A stretch of DNA of 63,539 bases, filler included, from Octopus bimaculoides (lineage: Eukaryota): assembly GCF_001194135.2 (NCBI RefSeq). It is 4 parts of 4 records of this genome, joined end to end, with 100 filler letters (N's around TTAATTAATTAA, not from the genome) between each part and the next. Parts side by side here need not be neighbours in the genome. Positions count along the whole stretch, not along the records: positions 1 to 26,104 come from NC_068999.1; 3 more parts are not named here. One strand, written 5' to 3'. The notes under the pieces are model-generated. The model was not told where the DNA came from. It did not search any database and saw nothing but the letters and a program-made list of their open reading frames with translations. Each line of letters opens with the position of its first letter. Positions within the stretch are counted from its first letter, which is position 1. Of the stretch, positions 1-13,275 are shown piece after piece. The translations under genes were made by a program, and so were the position numbers.

Positions 1-155
1 GTTTCTACAGCTGGATGCCCTTCCTAACGCTAACCGCTCCGAGAGTGTAGTGGGTGCTTTTACGTGCCACCGGCACAAGGGCCAGTCCGGCAGTACTGGC
101 AACGGCCATGCTCAAATGGTGTTTTTTTATGTGCCATCTGCACAGGAGTCAGCCA
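1..155 (-). mobile_element. RTE-LINE-derived 3' tail / SINE-like fragment (truncated by window edge)
   Basis: Shares the GCTGGATGCCCTTCCTAACGC-AACC-GAGTGT-GGGTGCTTTTACGTG motif with copies at about 1.9, 24.1, 46.5 and 47.8 kb; the 47.8-kb copy runs directly into an RTE ORF C-terminus. Confidence 0.7.
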
Positions 156-714
156 TATATCAGAAAAAAAAAAACACACTCTAAACCAGTGTTTCCCAAC
201 CTTTTGCGAAACACTACTCTAAAGAATAGAGCATTAATGTATATTTAACTGCACATAAATATATATATATATATACCCCTGCTAACACCATCCACCAACT
301 TCTGAGGCTCTGGTAGCTCCAAGTTCTGATATTCTGTACAATGTTAGTCGTCCTGACAAATCCTTCTTTTCAGTGAGAGAAGGGGGGAGGGGGGAGACTG
401 GAACCAACTAAAAGCTGAGTCAAAGATCTGCTGAGTCATGATAAAGACTAATTCTTAAGCTGTGGAGAAGTGGTGGTGGTGGTGGTGGGGAGGTCACTGG
501 AACAATGTCTGCAGACTTCAAGGTTGTCTTAACAACATATTTTCAAAAGATTAATTAACTGTGAGATTTTTTTGTTTGACCCCTGATCGTGGAGTCAAAG
601 GTCAGTCCATGCTTGAGGTTGCTGGCCTTAATGCCTTTGATTCGGTCAACAGTGCAGAATGAGGTGCAAGGGGGAGAGGGGTGATGTGGTGTCCTCTATG
701 GCCGACCAGTGACA

Positions 715-806
715 CATAACCTCTCAATTAGAGTTGAACTTGAAAGCCTTGTGAGTGGATTTGGTCGGCGGAAACTGAAAGAAGCCCATCGTATACATGT
801 ATGCAT

Positions 807-840
<34 letters not shown>

Positions 841-1085
841 GTGTGTGTGTGTATTTGTGTGTGTGTTTATGAGTGTCTTTGTGTCAGTGTTTATCACTCA
901 CCACTGTTTGACAACCGGTGTAGGTGTGTTTACATCCCTGCAAATTAGCAGAATAAATACAAGGGTTTAAAGAAAAAACAAAATGTGCCGAGGGGGTGGG
1001 GGTCGATTCATTCGACTAAAATCCTTCAAGGTGATGCCCCAGCATGGCCACAGTCTACTGACTGACACAAGTGAAAGAGTAAAAA
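715..1085 (+). mobile_element. Bipartite SINE (family B tail + CA/TG microsatellite + family C tail)
   Basis: GCCTTGTGAGTGGATTTGG..CGGAAACTGAAAGAAGCCC matches the tRNA-headed SINE at 61177. After the microsatellite, TTGACAACCG..GGTCGAT..CGACTAAA..CCAGCATGGCC matches copies at 15.4, 39.4 and 43.9 kb. Confidence 0.7.
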
Positions 1086-1399
1086 GAGAGTAACGGATGG
1101 GATGCTGAAAAATTCCTGGCTTTAAGGGCATCACGAAAGGCTTGGTTGGAGGTCCAACCTTCTGAGTTCTTTAACAGGGCTTACAAAAACTGAAGGACCC
1201 CTGCAATAAGTGAGGGAATCTGAGAAGGGGATATGTTCAATAAAACCATAATTAACTGACCCTCCTCTATTTTCAAGAACTTTCCAGCAGCCCCTTGTAT
1301 ATACAGGTGGCCCTTTTTTTATTGGAGAAGGGTGAAGCACTGGGTTAATCCTGAACAAACTGATTTGATTGTTACATTGAATAGGTTGTGATACAAAAG

Positions 1400-2260
1400 A
1401 AAACGTTTCTACACTGTCTTTTAATTAATTACACTAATGGAGTACACTAACGAAGACATTTTACCAACTTACAATAAATAATACATGTAAGGCAATCCAG
1501 TAAGAACTCTAGCAACTTGTAATTATTCCATTAATTACACTAATAGCACAATTAGTAAGAACATTTTAATAACTTCTAATTAATCATATAAGGCAAGTAA
1601 TGAGGAGATTTTAGCAATGCCTAATTAATTACACCAATAAGGTAATTAGTGAGGCATTGTAGAAAGTCGCTGTTGACAAATTGTAGGACATTCTAAATAA
1701 CTATTTTTCATTAAGAGAATTAGTGAGGAGATTGTAGCAACTTCTAATTAACTGGTTATACCATTAAGGCAATCAGTTAAGACATTCCAAGTAATTAACG
1801 CCCTGTTAATTAATCATACAATTATAACAATCATTAAAGACATTCTATCATCATTAGCATCGCCATCATCATCATCACACATTTGTTTTCCATGATGGCA
1901 TGGGTTGGACAGCCTGACAGGAGCTGGTAAACCAGACAGCCACACCAGAATCCAGCTGTCAGGTTTGGCAGAGTTTCTACTGCAGGATGCCCTCCCTAAT
2001 TTCAACTTTACAAAGTGCATTAGGTGATTCTGACATGGCACCAGTACCACAGATTTATACAGGGGTACAAGCACAGGTGCTCTATATGTGGTACCCTCAT
2101 AGGTGCTTTATATGTGGTACCATCATAGGTGCTTTTACATGGTGCCAGCAACTAATTAGTTATAGCAATAAGGCAATTAGTGAAGACATTGAAAGGCAAT
2201 TACCAATTAATTATGCCACTGAGACAAGTTGTTAAGGACACTTCTTAAGACAACCACCAA
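1400..2260. repeat. Degenerate AT-rich minisatellite (about 45-50 bp unit), interrupted by an RTE-tail insertion
   Basis: Recurring TAATTAATTACAC-AATAAGGCAATTAGTGA-GACATT-TAGCAAC motif at 1400-1815 and again at 2150-2260. Confidence 0.6.
1864..2048 (-). mobile_element. RTE-derived 3' tail element with (GAT)n tail
   Basis: CATCATCATCA..TTTTCCATG-TGGCATGGGTTGGACAG...GGATGCCC; multi-copy in the window. Confidence 0.7.
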
Positions 2261-2389
2261 CTTCCCATTTAGTCATTATCAACAGAATTGGTTAAAGTGC
2301 CACCACCATCATTTTGCACTCAATTCTTTATTCAGATCTTCAGTTCTACAATTGATCTGCATATTCCAGCACAACTGTTGCTGCTGATG

Positions 2390-2422
2390 CTAGTAGTAGT
2401 AGTAGTAGTAGTAGTAGTAGAC

Positions 2423-2465
<43 letters not shown>

Positions 2466-2500
2466 ACGTGGTAGTAGTAGTAGTAGTAGTGGTGGTGGTG

Positions 2501-2531
<31 letters not shown>

Positions 2532-2599
2532 AGTTGGTGTGACAAAGAATTAAACACCACCATGNNNNNNNNNNAGTAGTAGTAGTAGTGGTGGTGGTG

Positions 2600-2628
<29 letters not shown>
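2390..2628. repeat. Compound (GTA)n/(GTG)n microsatellite spanning a 10-N gap
   Basis: Directly visible; source of the poly-Val/Thr/Tyr/His pseudo-ORFs. Confidence 0.95.
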
Positions 2629-2630
<2 letters not shown>

Positions 2631-2868
2631 AGTTGGTGTGACAAAGAATTAAACACCACCATGAAAATAATCCATTACTGGACACAGTGTGTGTGTGTGT
2701 GTGTGTGTGGTGCAGATTTATATGGATATGCATGTGTGCATGTATGTACAGACTTCATGATTCCAGCCATGTTTGTTCTGAACCATGCAAGGACAAAAGA
2801 AAACGAGAGGAGGCATGATAATGATAATGAACAGAGAGCAAAACAGAGTCAGACACAAATAGATATTG

Positions 2869-2913
<45 letters not shown>

Positions 2914-4500
2914 GCCTCAACATACAGTTGTAAATCAAACTATGTGTATATGTGATTGCGTAAGCATGTGTCACACGTGGGTGCATGCGTGTGTGTGTGT
3001 ATTAATCATCATTATGCACACACATGTAGATATGAAATTGGAAAAGTCTTCAGACTTGCTGGAGACAAAGGCCAGCCTCTCTAATGTTGGCCTGACAATA
3101 AGATGCACCCAGTCCACTGTGAGAACTGAATGAAAGCCAGACGGGTACAATATAGAGTAGAGAAGACTATTCTGTTTTGCTGAGAACATAGTGACCTCTC
3201 TGGTGTTGGTGCTTTGATAAATCGACTTAATTCAATCTCTGAATAGGGTGGATGATGGAGTTAGGGCATCGAGCCATAGAAACCAGGACAAAAATGGTAT
3301 GGAGGATGGGGACATGCAGCACAACCTATCAGCAGGAGAACTGGTCACTGTGGGTAAAAACTGGGTTGATCTGTGATGATCCAGCCGATGCATGCTAGCA
3401 CAGAAAGGCAGATAGCAGTTGATGAGGATGATAATGTGGCGGGGGGAGTGATATATACTGCTGTGTGTGTGTGATGTAGCTGTCTATGTATATTATTTGT
3501 CCTTTATTCTTTAACTGCCTTCAGTCATCTCACTGTGGCCATGCTGGGGCACTGCCTTTGGGAGTTGTTAACCAAATATATCTACACAACTACACTGGCA
3601 CTTATTGATCACAGAAGGAAGAAAAGCAATATGGTTGGCGCCATAAGGATCCAGCTACCTATGTGTGTGCCTGTATGTATATATATGTGTGTGTATGTAT
3701 AGGTATATATGTACATATGTGTGAGTGTATGTATGTTGCCAGGTTCAGCATCTACTATTGTACTGTATGTATGTATGCATGTGTTCTAGATCTAACAGCC
3801 ACTGTTCGACCGTATTACATACTCCTCCTCCTCCTCCTCACTGCCACTTTGTGACTATAACACACACACGCACACACATTGACACTACCTTACATAGACA
3901 ATTTTTAGATAATTTATTTATCTGCATACACACACACACACACACAAATTCAAAACCATCACTGTCATTTAATATCTGTTCTCCATGCTGGCATCAGCCG
4001 GATGATTCGAAAGGAAGTGGCAAGGCCAGAGAGCTACACCAGACCCCGTTTGTAAAATAAAAAGCTAAATAATGTCTTACTTGGAGAAGAAGAAAAAAAA
4101 AGGCAGGGTTAGCAACAGGAAGAGCATCCAGCTGTAAATTTCAGGCCTTAAACATGTCCCCATTGAACCCATGTCAGCATGGGGGTGGGGGGTGGATGCT
4201 AAACATGGAATCTATCTATCTATACACAGACACACACATACACAAACAAACACATACGTCACCGACATCATCATCACCCATCATGTGTTTTTAGCATTTT
4301 TTCTGAAAAATAACTTCCTCTTCCTGTTCTTCCACCCAGCTCCCCTCCCCCACCATCACCACTTCCCCGTCTCCAGCACCACCACCCCACCATGCTGAAC
4401 TGTAAGAAAGACTACATATCTAAAGCATAACTTTTCAGTACATATTTTTCGGTACATGACCCAACCCTACATATGTTTGTGCCTGAATATGTAACTAACC

Positions 4501-4532
<32 letters not shown>

Positions 4533-4597
4533 TAATTAGTCATAAGATAAATGGTAAAGAGTTATTAAGCATAAATTATTTATTTGTTTATATAAGA

Positions 4598-5086
4598 CAG
4601 GGGTGGGGAAAATCCTGCCCGCGAGCCCATTTTACTGTGCCCGCAGGCTGATATACTCATATGTACAAAAAATAGTCAATTTTTCAATCTTAAATTTATA
4701 CAATACTCGTATGTCTCTTTGCAACGTAGGTCGTGTTTCCACTATGACTTAGAATAGTTAGACTCGAACAGAAATCGTCTGGCAATTGCCATTTGAATGG
4801 AAATTTTGTTTTCACTATAAACCACTGATTGCTAGGTTTGTACCACCCGCTTGAGACCCAAGGTTACCTCATAAGTAATATAAACGTCGTAAATTCAGTG
4901 GTGGTGTTAATGAAGATGTTATATGTTAATTTAATGTGTTAAACTTATCTTTATTAATGTATATCGAATTATACATCGATATATATGAGATTTACACAGA
5001 TATGAGAGTTAGAACTTGTGATCTACCCGCGGAGTTTTTACTTTGGGAATTTTTGCCTGTTGCACTAAAAAGTTTCCCCACCCCTG
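4598..5086. mobile_element. Non-autonomous hAT (Charlie-like) MITE
   Basis: 14-bp TIRs CAGGGGTGGGGAAA ... TTTCCCCACCCCTG. The 8-bp flanks ATATAAGA (4590-4597) and ATATAAAA (5087-5094) match 7/8, as expected for a hAT TSD. Confidence 0.85.
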
Positions 5087-5094
5087 ATATAAAA

Positions 5095-5824
5095 CATCAA
5101 CAAGAGTGACATAAAGCAGACAAAGGAGAACAGAACCCACCACAGGAGTTGAACCCCAACATCTATAGCTTACTGGATGATCATGCTACAATTTGCACCA
5201 AGTGGACTCTGAACAAAACAGACTGCCAAAAACAAGAACTTATAAATGATTAATTGGATAAGGAATAACAGGATTACGTCCCTTTATGCCACTTGAGGAT
5301 TGGAAATGATTTTGCAGTTATTTCACTGCTGTGATTCTTGTGAGAGATGAAGGGAGGAGGTGGTTCCTTCATTGCTGATCCAGTAAAGCAAGATTAAGGA
5401 GGGTTTCCCTTGACGGTGTTGTGTGAAGTTGAGGTGATACCCATGTTGGAACATTTGCATGAGTATCTGTGCACCTTACTGATGTGATTGGTGGAATATT
5501 TGAGAATCAAACAGCATTAATAGACTGTGATGATGTTAGGGAGAGAGAGAGAGAGAGAGAGACAGAGAGACAGAGAGAGACTGACAAACAGACAGACAGA
5601 AACAAACAAAGGTATCCGGCTGGAGTTACAAGATGCTGTGGACGGTGGTAACTTGAATATTGTTGAGTTTGATTTATAAGTTCTTGTTTTTGGAAGTCTG
5701 TTTTGTTCAGAGTCCACTTGGTACAAACGGTAGCATGACCATGCAGTAAGCTACAGATGTGGGGTTCAACTCCCATGGTGGGGGTCTGTTCTCCTTTGTC
5801 TGCTCTATGACACTCTTATTGATG
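5095..5824. repeat. Inverted repeat with about 153-bp arms (5095-5247 / 5672-5824) carrying a tRNA-like head
   Basis: The arms align in reverse complement with scattered mismatches. The right arm contains a B-box-like GGGGTTCAACTCC. Confidence 0.85.
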
Positions 5825-6359
5825 CGAGTGAGATAACTAGATGACACTGGATAGGATACAGTCACTTCAGAGTTGGAATCACTGTACAACTCTGCTTAAC
5901 AAACACAACAATAGGATATTAGAATATTTGGAAAATGTTACTGTTGTTGTTGTTATTGAAAACACGATGATGGTGGTGGTGGTGGTGGTGATAATGAAAA
6001 TGTTGATGGAGGCGATATCAATATGGATGATGATGATGATGATGGTGATGAGTATAATCATGTTACCAAATAATTATAGATATTTCTTAACCAATAAAAT
6101 ACAATACCAATAAGGTGACTGATGTGTGTGTGTGTATTTACACACACACATACATACATACAATTATATATATATACACATACATATATACATACCACTA
6201 TATATATATATATAGTTGCATGTATGTATACGAACGTGGGTGTGTATAATGTCCATAATTAACATATGCCCATTCATCTCCCCACTGACCTAATTATGTT
6301 TATAGATTTATTTATAAATTAATATCACACACACACACACACACACACACACATCAAAT

Positions 6360-7720
6360 TATGAAAGTACAGCAGGAGTCAATAACACAATTAATTAGGA
6401 AGAAAATTAGCTGCAATGAACCACAGCTGAGGTTTATGCCAGGAAAGGGGACCACTGATGAGTTGTTCTTATAAAAACAAGAAGTGAAGAAGTTTGTTGC
6501 TAAAAATAATTCCCTCAGTCTCACAACTTCAACCTGGAGAAGGCCTGTGACGGGGGACCACATTTCGTAGTCAGCTGGTTGCTAATGAAACTATCGTATT
6601 GCACCTCCAGTTTAATGCAATCTCTAATCTAACGAGACACCTACTTTCTGTACCAACAAATCAGTAATTAATTCTGCCTTCATCTATCTTTTTTTTATTA
6701 ACCTTTAGTTTTGGCTTTGAGGTTTTGGATTGAATTCCTCAAATTATTTACAGAATGTTCGTAAGTAAATACAGTTGATGAGGACGAACGGTTCGTGGGA
6801 GAGTCGCACAAGCCATGCAAAGAGATGGGTGTCGGCAAGGTGAGCAGAGCTCGGCAAGCAATCTAGCATGCAGCCAGGTGTCTACTTGAGCTTGGCTCTC
6901 ATCTCATTCTTCTTCATTATAATTCAGTATAGCATAACAGAGAGGAATTTATGACCAATTGTCCACAGGAACTTCTGGACAATAATGACTAAGATCTGGA
7001 AGCTGAATCATTTGAAAAATTTGTGAAGAAAGTCTGAAAGACGTAGGCAGAATCTAGAATTATGATGTCTGGAAGTAAATAAATCCAGCAGAGATAAAAG
7101 TTTTAGAGGAAAGAAGAGAGAAGTCTGCAACCAACTGGAGAATGGTCATAGTTGAACTGCAAAGAAATAGGTGTTCCCTACCATCTACCCAGAATAACCA
7201 ATGGGTGCACAGGACACATTATGGAGACGCAGATAAGTAGACAGAATTTTTCTTTCAAATGCTTGGAAGGTTCCATCACAGTAATTGCTGGTTTTATTAA
7301 CTTGGTGACCAAATTTAGCAAAAGAGGAAAGTAATCTGAAATCCCAGAAGTCAGATTGAGAAAAAAGAGTAGAAAAAGTCCAAGGAGCCATTAACTTTGT
7401 TGGTAACAAATGGATTCTTAGGCCAAATGAAGGGCAGATTATATGAAGGGCATATGTATGATGTGTAATGTTACCTGGCAGCAGAACACGGCCAGGGAAT
7501 GAGGAGGCCATGAGAAGGTTGGAAAGAATTAAGGTGAGGAAGTTCAGCTGAATATGTAATAATGGTGTGCAATGAGAAGAGAACATAAAATGATCTGTGA
7601 AAACGGGTAGGCAAAAGAAGACGAATTGGCTACAAGAGAGGAGAGGGCAGTGGTGTGGGTGGATTGGTAGATAATGGTTTGGGTAAGGAATTGTGAAGAG
7701 AAAGAAGCAAGGAGAAGGAA
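6360..7720 (+). pseudogene. Degenerate RTE-clade LINE reverse transcriptase fragment
   Basis: Broken frames read FMPGKGTTD..F / FNLEKACD (cf. FVDLEKAFD), then LLVTNGF..KGRLY and RRLER, typical of RTE ORF domains. Many stops and frameshifts. Confidence 0.7.
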
Positions 7721-8302
7721 GAATGAGAAGAAGATATGAGAAGGGATGAAAGTTGATCGGAGATTGGTGAACTTGACAGAGAAAAAAAAAACATGACAAA
7801 AGGATGAGAACAAGTGGTGAGGTGTTTGGGGTGGAGAAGATCCATCGGACCCATATGGAAATACTGGGGAATAACAGACATGTTGGTGGTGATGATGGTA
7901 GTGATGATATCAGCTGCAAACATACATTTTCCTGTTTATTTCTCATGTCTGAATAAAATTGTCAATACACACACACACACACACACACGCACACACACAC
8001 ACTGAAATTGAAGCAAATATAACTAAAATAGAAAAAAAGAAAGACGAGAAAAAAAAACAGATGGAGGGGGTGATAGAAAGAAGGAAGGGAAATCTTTTGC
8101 GCGNNNNNNNNNNAACAGATGGAGGGGGTGATAGAAAGAAGGAAGGGAAATCTTTTGCGCGTGTTTATATATATACACACACACACATATGAGCACGTAT
8201 GTGTGTGTGTGTGTGTGTGTATATATATGTGTGTATGTATGTTATACACACACACGTGTATGCATGTACATAGGTGTTACTGCTGGAATCTAATAAAGAA
8301 GG

Positions 8303-8339
<37 letters not shown>

Positions 8340-9600
8340 TGGGTGTGTACAGTAGCTGTCAATGGAGGTAGAAGGTTTAAGCATGAGAGGGGTGGGTGGG
8401 GTAGTAAGGAAGGCTTCTTTTTTTTCCTTTTTCTTTTTTTGAAAGAGTCTAGCCAGAGTATAGAAGCTGACTTAGCACATCTGGCAGACACACAGACAGA
8501 GTGTGTGTGTTTGTGGAGGTGGGGAGGGGCTGGGGCTGAGACTGAGAGAGAGAGTGAGAGAGAGAGTGGGGAGAGAGAGATTCCAAGGTCAGGTTAGGCT
8601 ATATAATATAACTACNNNNNNNNNNNNNNNNNNNNNNNNNNNNNNNNNNNNNNNNNNNNNNNNNNNNNNNNNNNNNNNNNNNNNNNNNNNNNNNNNNNNN
8701 NNNNNNNNNNNNNNNNNNNNNNNNNNNNNNNNNNNNNNNNNNNNNNNNNNNNNNNNNNNNNNNNNNNNNNNNNNNNNNNNNNNNNNNNNNNNNNNNNNNN
8801 NNNNNNNNNNNNNNNNNNNNNNNNNNNNNNNNNNNNNNNNNNNNNNNNNNNNNNNNNNNNNNNNNNNNNNNNNNNNNNNNNNNNNNNNNNNNNNNNNNNN
8901 NNNNNNNNNNNNNNNNNNNNNNNNNNNNNNNNNNNNNNNNNNNNNNNNNNNNNNNNNNNNNNNNNNNNNNNNNNNNNNNNNNNNNNNNNNNNNNNNNNNN
9001 NNNNNNNNNNNNNNNNNNNNNNNNNNNNNNNNNNNNNNNNNNNNNNNNNNNNNNNNNNNNNNNNNNNNNNNNNNNNNNNNNNNNNNNNNNNNNNNNNNNN
9101 NNNNNNNNNNNNNNNNNNNNNNNNNNNNNNNNNNNNNNNNNNNNNNNNNNNNNNNNNNNNNNNNNNNNNNNNNNNNNNNNNNNNNNNNNNNNNNNNNNNN
9201 NNNNNNNNNNNNNNNNNNNNNNNNNNNNNNNNNNNNNNNNNNNNNNNNNNNNNNNNNNNNNNNNNNNNNNNNNNNNNNNNNNNNNNNNNNNNNNNNNNNN
9301 NNNNNNNNNNNNNNNNNNNNNNNNNNNNNNNNNNNNNNNNNNNNNNNNNNNNNNNNNNNNNNNNNNNNNNNNNNNNNNNNNNNNNNNNNNNNNNNNNNNN
9401 NNNNNNNNNNNNNNNNNNNNNNNNNNNNNNNNNNNNNNNNNNNNNNNNNNNNNNNNNNNNNNNNNNNNNNNNNNNNNNNNNNNNNNNNNNNNNNNNNNNN
9501 NNNNNNNNNNNNNNNNNNNNNNNNNNNNNNNNNNNNNNNNNNNNNNNNNNNNNNNNNNNNNNNNNNNNNNNNNNNNNNNNNNNNNNNNNNNNNNNNNNNN

Positions 9601-9740
9601 AACTGGTATTTATGTTATTGACCCCCGAAAGGAATGGAAAGCAACGTCGACCCAGATGGAGTTTGAAATCAGAACGTAGAGACGGACGAAATGCTGCCAA
9701 GCTTTTGTGCTTGGTGTGTGCTAATGATTCTACCAGCTCA
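9601..9740 (-). mobile_element. tRNA-derived SINE family A fragment
   Basis: Reverse complement of the GGCAGAATCGTTAGCAC..TTCTGAGTTCAAA..GGGGTCGATAA..AAGTACCAGT family; abuts a gap. Confidence 0.65.
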
Positions 9741-9742
9741 CC

Positions 9743-9822
<80 letters not shown>

Positions 9823-9846
9823 AAGAAGAAGAAGAAGAAGAAGAAA
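9743..9846. repeat. Compound (AAT)n-(AAG)n microsatellite
   Basis: Directly visible. Confidence 0.95.
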
Positions 9847-10250
9847 AGCAGCACCAGCTCTTTTGTTTGGCTTGACCAACAAATGTTAGCTACTTATATC
9901 GCTGGTCACTTAAACTACTATCCGCTGGTCAAGCGATGAGATGATAGCCAGTTACATCATTGATCATTTTTATTTATTCAATACGTCTACTGAATAAATA
10001 CAGGAATATTTCAAAATCTTCCATCGCCTTGCAAAGTTGTCCTTAAGTTGGATACAAAGATTGCCTTTTGGTACAAACACTGCTTCCATTGCTAATAATT
10101 ACTTTTCCTGATCCCTTCTTTCACGCTAAAGACCCAAACCACCCAGAAAGCAGCAGCAGCAGCAGCAGCAGCTGTTCTCCTCTCCTCAAGTCCACAACAC
10201 ATCTAAATCTTTCATCTCTCTTCACAAAAACTGGTCTCAGTCAGGTGAAA

Positions 10251-10270
10251 CCCTAACCCTAACCCTAACC
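10251..10270 (-). repeat. Short interstitial telomere-like (TTAGGG)3 tract
   Basis: CCCTAACCCTAACCCTAACC on the + strand. Confidence 0.6.
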
Positions 10271-10812
10271 AGTATTTTTGATGTTAAAATCTTGTTGACC
10301 TTATTCTCATTCAACTACATCGAGGTCTTATAGTTTGTTAGTGCTAGCCATCTATTTTAATCATTTCACCATCTACAACTGGTACATTCTGAAATACCTA
10401 ACATTTTTGCCAGCTGACTTTGGCAATTCCAAATAGTGGCTAGCTGGGAATTCCTGGTTGGCATTTCCACGCCCACTGGTATGTTGGTGAATAATTCCTT
10501 GACGGATACAACACATCATGTCCTCCTCTTCTCTCTACGCTAATAGGAACAGTTCTTAATTCCCTAGGAAATAATTAGACCGAAACTGTAAAATAGCAGA
10601 GTAAATGGATGGAAAATGCCAGAAATAGTTCCACTGGATTCTCATATGAAATCACACCAGGGGTGATCTCGTTAACAACACATTTCATCTCATAACGATG
10701 AGAAGAAAGGGCCAGCAACACACAGCATTAACAGGGTCTTGGTAGTAATATATACCAGTAATATTATAGGCTCTGTACATTCATGACCGAAGGGGGTCTT
10801 TATCCGTTACCC

Positions 10813-10843
<31 letters not shown>

Positions 10844-10846
10844 TGT

Positions 10847-10932
10847 CATCATCATCATTTAACGTCCGTTTTCCATGCTGGCATGGGTTAGACGGTTCGA
10901 CTGGGGTCTGGGAAGCCAGGAGGCTGCACCAT
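10847..10932 (-). mobile_element. RTE-derived 3' tail fragment
   Basis: CATCATCATCATTTAACGTCCGTTTTCCATGCTGGCATGGGTTAGACGG, same family as 1864, 46360 and 47645. Confidence 0.75.
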
Positions 10933-12149
10933 AATATATAGCAGTAATATATTAGGGTTTGTATAAGATATAGCAACAATGTTAATCGGTCTCTATAGTA
11001 ACACACAGTACTAATAGGATTTATATCATACATAGCAGTAATATAAGAGGGTGTATGTAATAAATAACAGTAATGTGCTTGAGTGTATAGAATGATATAC
11101 AGCAGTCATATATATTACGGTGTATGTATAATGAAAAGTATATAATCCAAGCTCTGATGAAGTAGTCAACTGTCTACTGCACCCGCCTCCTACACTAATG
11201 TTATGACACTTATAACTATTTACAGCTCTATCAAACCCTCCCACATCATCCGACCTCTGATAAACCAGTCAACAGTGTTAACAAATTACGTTATCAGCCG
11301 TTTACATTAAACTGGCTGGCGTTGAGCAGTAAAAATCAGTGACACTTTCAATATCACAACCAGAGAACAGAATATGTATTTTATTATCAACAACATCAAC
11401 AACAATTTCTTTATTACTGCCACCAGGAAGTTCTCTACCACAAGATGGAGTTACAAAATATTTTGTGATAAACAAAGCAAAAAATTATGTATAAACGAGG
11501 GGAAGGGTAACAGCATCAACACTAGTGAGATGTATTGAAAATTTCCATCATAAATATTATTATTATTTATTTTTGAAATTATGCAAAATAATTAAATAAC
11601 ACACACATACGTGTAAGACCATGTATGTATGTATTTGTTGTGTATATGTGTCTCTACATCTGTGTATATATATCAAAATATAAACAGATACGATTGAAAG
11701 AAAACATACAGCTTCCCGAGTGAGATCACCTCAAGGCTCATCCCTCCCTCATTCCCCCACCCCCACACCCAAATCCAATAATCTTTATCTCTCTCAGCCA
11801 TTTTGCTTCACCAAGCAACTGAAAATTCCTCATTCCAAAAGTGTCTGCAAACCATTTGAATCCCAGAACGAGCAATGAAAGACCTGTTACCCTTTACATC
11901 AATCTCTCAAACGTAATGCTAATTTATTCGCATTGTTTTGAATTAATCGTTCATTATCTCCTAACTTTGAGAAGTCAATGATGTGAATATTTAGTGTTAA
12001 GATGACATTGTGGGGTTGGTGTGAGAGGCCAGATCTGGTCAGTCATGGCATAAAATGGGTAGAACATTTGGCCGGATACGGTTGGTTTAAATGATAAAAG
12101 GTTAAGTGAGTAAATTTTGACATAATATATGGATGTATAGCCACCAAAG

Positions 12150-12572
12150 AGGTATATATCACATGGCTCAGTGGTTAGGGCATCAGGCTCACAATCACGA
12201 GATAGTGAGTTCAATTCCTGGCCCAGGCTGTGACACTTTATTTCACGTTACTCTAGTTCACACAATTGTAGAAATGGGTTGCGACATCACTGGTGCCAAG
12301 CTATATTGGACATCACCTTTCCATTGGGCAGCATCAGTGGCATCAGGAGGGGGAGGCAGGTATTCATGGGCAGAACCCTTAGCACACCAAACAAAGTGCT
12401 GAGAGATATTTCATCTGTTTTTACATTCTGAGTTCAAATTTCACCAGGGTCTGTATTGCCTTTATTCATTTTCAGGTCGATAAAAGAAGTACCAGTTGAA
12501 CACTGGGGTCAATATAATCGACTTGCCCCCACCCACAAATCCAAATACATCAGGCTTTGTGCCTATAACAGA

Positions 12573-12614
<42 letters not shown>

Positions 12615-13275
12615 GATATAAGGCAGGGAGTTGGCAGAATTGTTAGCATGCCGAGCGAAATGCTTAGTGGTATTGCATCCGTCCTTATGTTCTGAGTTCA
12701 AATTCTGCAGAGGTCAACTTAGCCTTTCATCCTTTCAGGGTCGATAAATTAAGTACCAGTTGTGTACTGGTGTCTATGTAATCAACTGGCCTCCACTCCC
12801 AAAAATTTTGGGCCTGGTGCCCAGAGGAGAAAAGATTATTATCGTTGATGTAAAGAAAGCAACAAAGCTGGCAGAAATCGTAAGCACACCAGACAAATTC
12901 GTCCATCTGCATTCTGAGTTCAAATCCTGCCGAGATCGATTTTGCCTTTTATCTTTTCAGGGTCACTGAACCAAGTACCAGTCAAGTAATGGGGCTGATG
13001 TAATTGACATGACCCCTTCCCTGAAAAAACTGCTGGTCTTGTGCCCTAATTTGAAACCATAATTATAAGGCAACAAACTGGCAGAACTATTAGTGCGTTG
13101 AACAAAATGCTTAGCAAACATCTCTTCCAGCTCTTTGCGTTCAGAGTTCAAATACCACTGAAGTCAACATTGCCTTTCATCCTTTTGGGGGTCAATAGAA
13201 TAAGTACCAGGGGAGCACTGGGGAGGTCAATGTAATCAACTTAACCCCTCTCACCAAAACTGTTGGCCCGGCTTC
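12150..13275 (+). mobile_element. Head-to-tail cluster of at least 5 tRNA-derived SINE copies or fragments
   Basis: tRNA-like head at 12163 (ATGGCTCAGTGGTTAGGG..GAGTTCAATTCC). Repeated family A bodies near 12415, 12622, 12865 and 13072 share TTCTGAGTTCAAAT..GCCTTTCATCCTTT-GGGGTCGATAA..AAGTACCAG. Confidence 0.8.

Noticed and set aside
2505-2663. Apparent direct duplication around a 10-N gap (also about 8056-8162, 23094-23163 and 51215-51290)
   Set aside because: Identical sequence on both sides of a minimal gap indicates unmerged overlapping contig ends, not a real repeat.
7185-7946. 253-aa minus-strand ORF
   Set aside because: Antisense to a purine-rich decayed RTE RT; F/L/S/P-rich composition without motifs.
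8503-9700. Long ORFs of 130-370 aa here and at other gaps (13.3-13.9, 20.0-20.8, 27.0-27.5, 28.0-28.7, 34.0-34.6, 37.9-38.8, 43.0-43.9 kb)
   Set aside because: They are open only because N runs translate as X.
10251-10270. Telomeric repeat as evidence of a chromosome fusion or end
   Set aside because: Only 3.3 units; readily explained by chance or a repeat-borne motif.
12163-12230. tRNA-like sequences here and at about 5720-5775, 42900 and 61177
   Set aside because: A/B-box-like motifs without a complete cloverleaf, continuing into SINE bodies; these are SINE heads, not tRNA genes.
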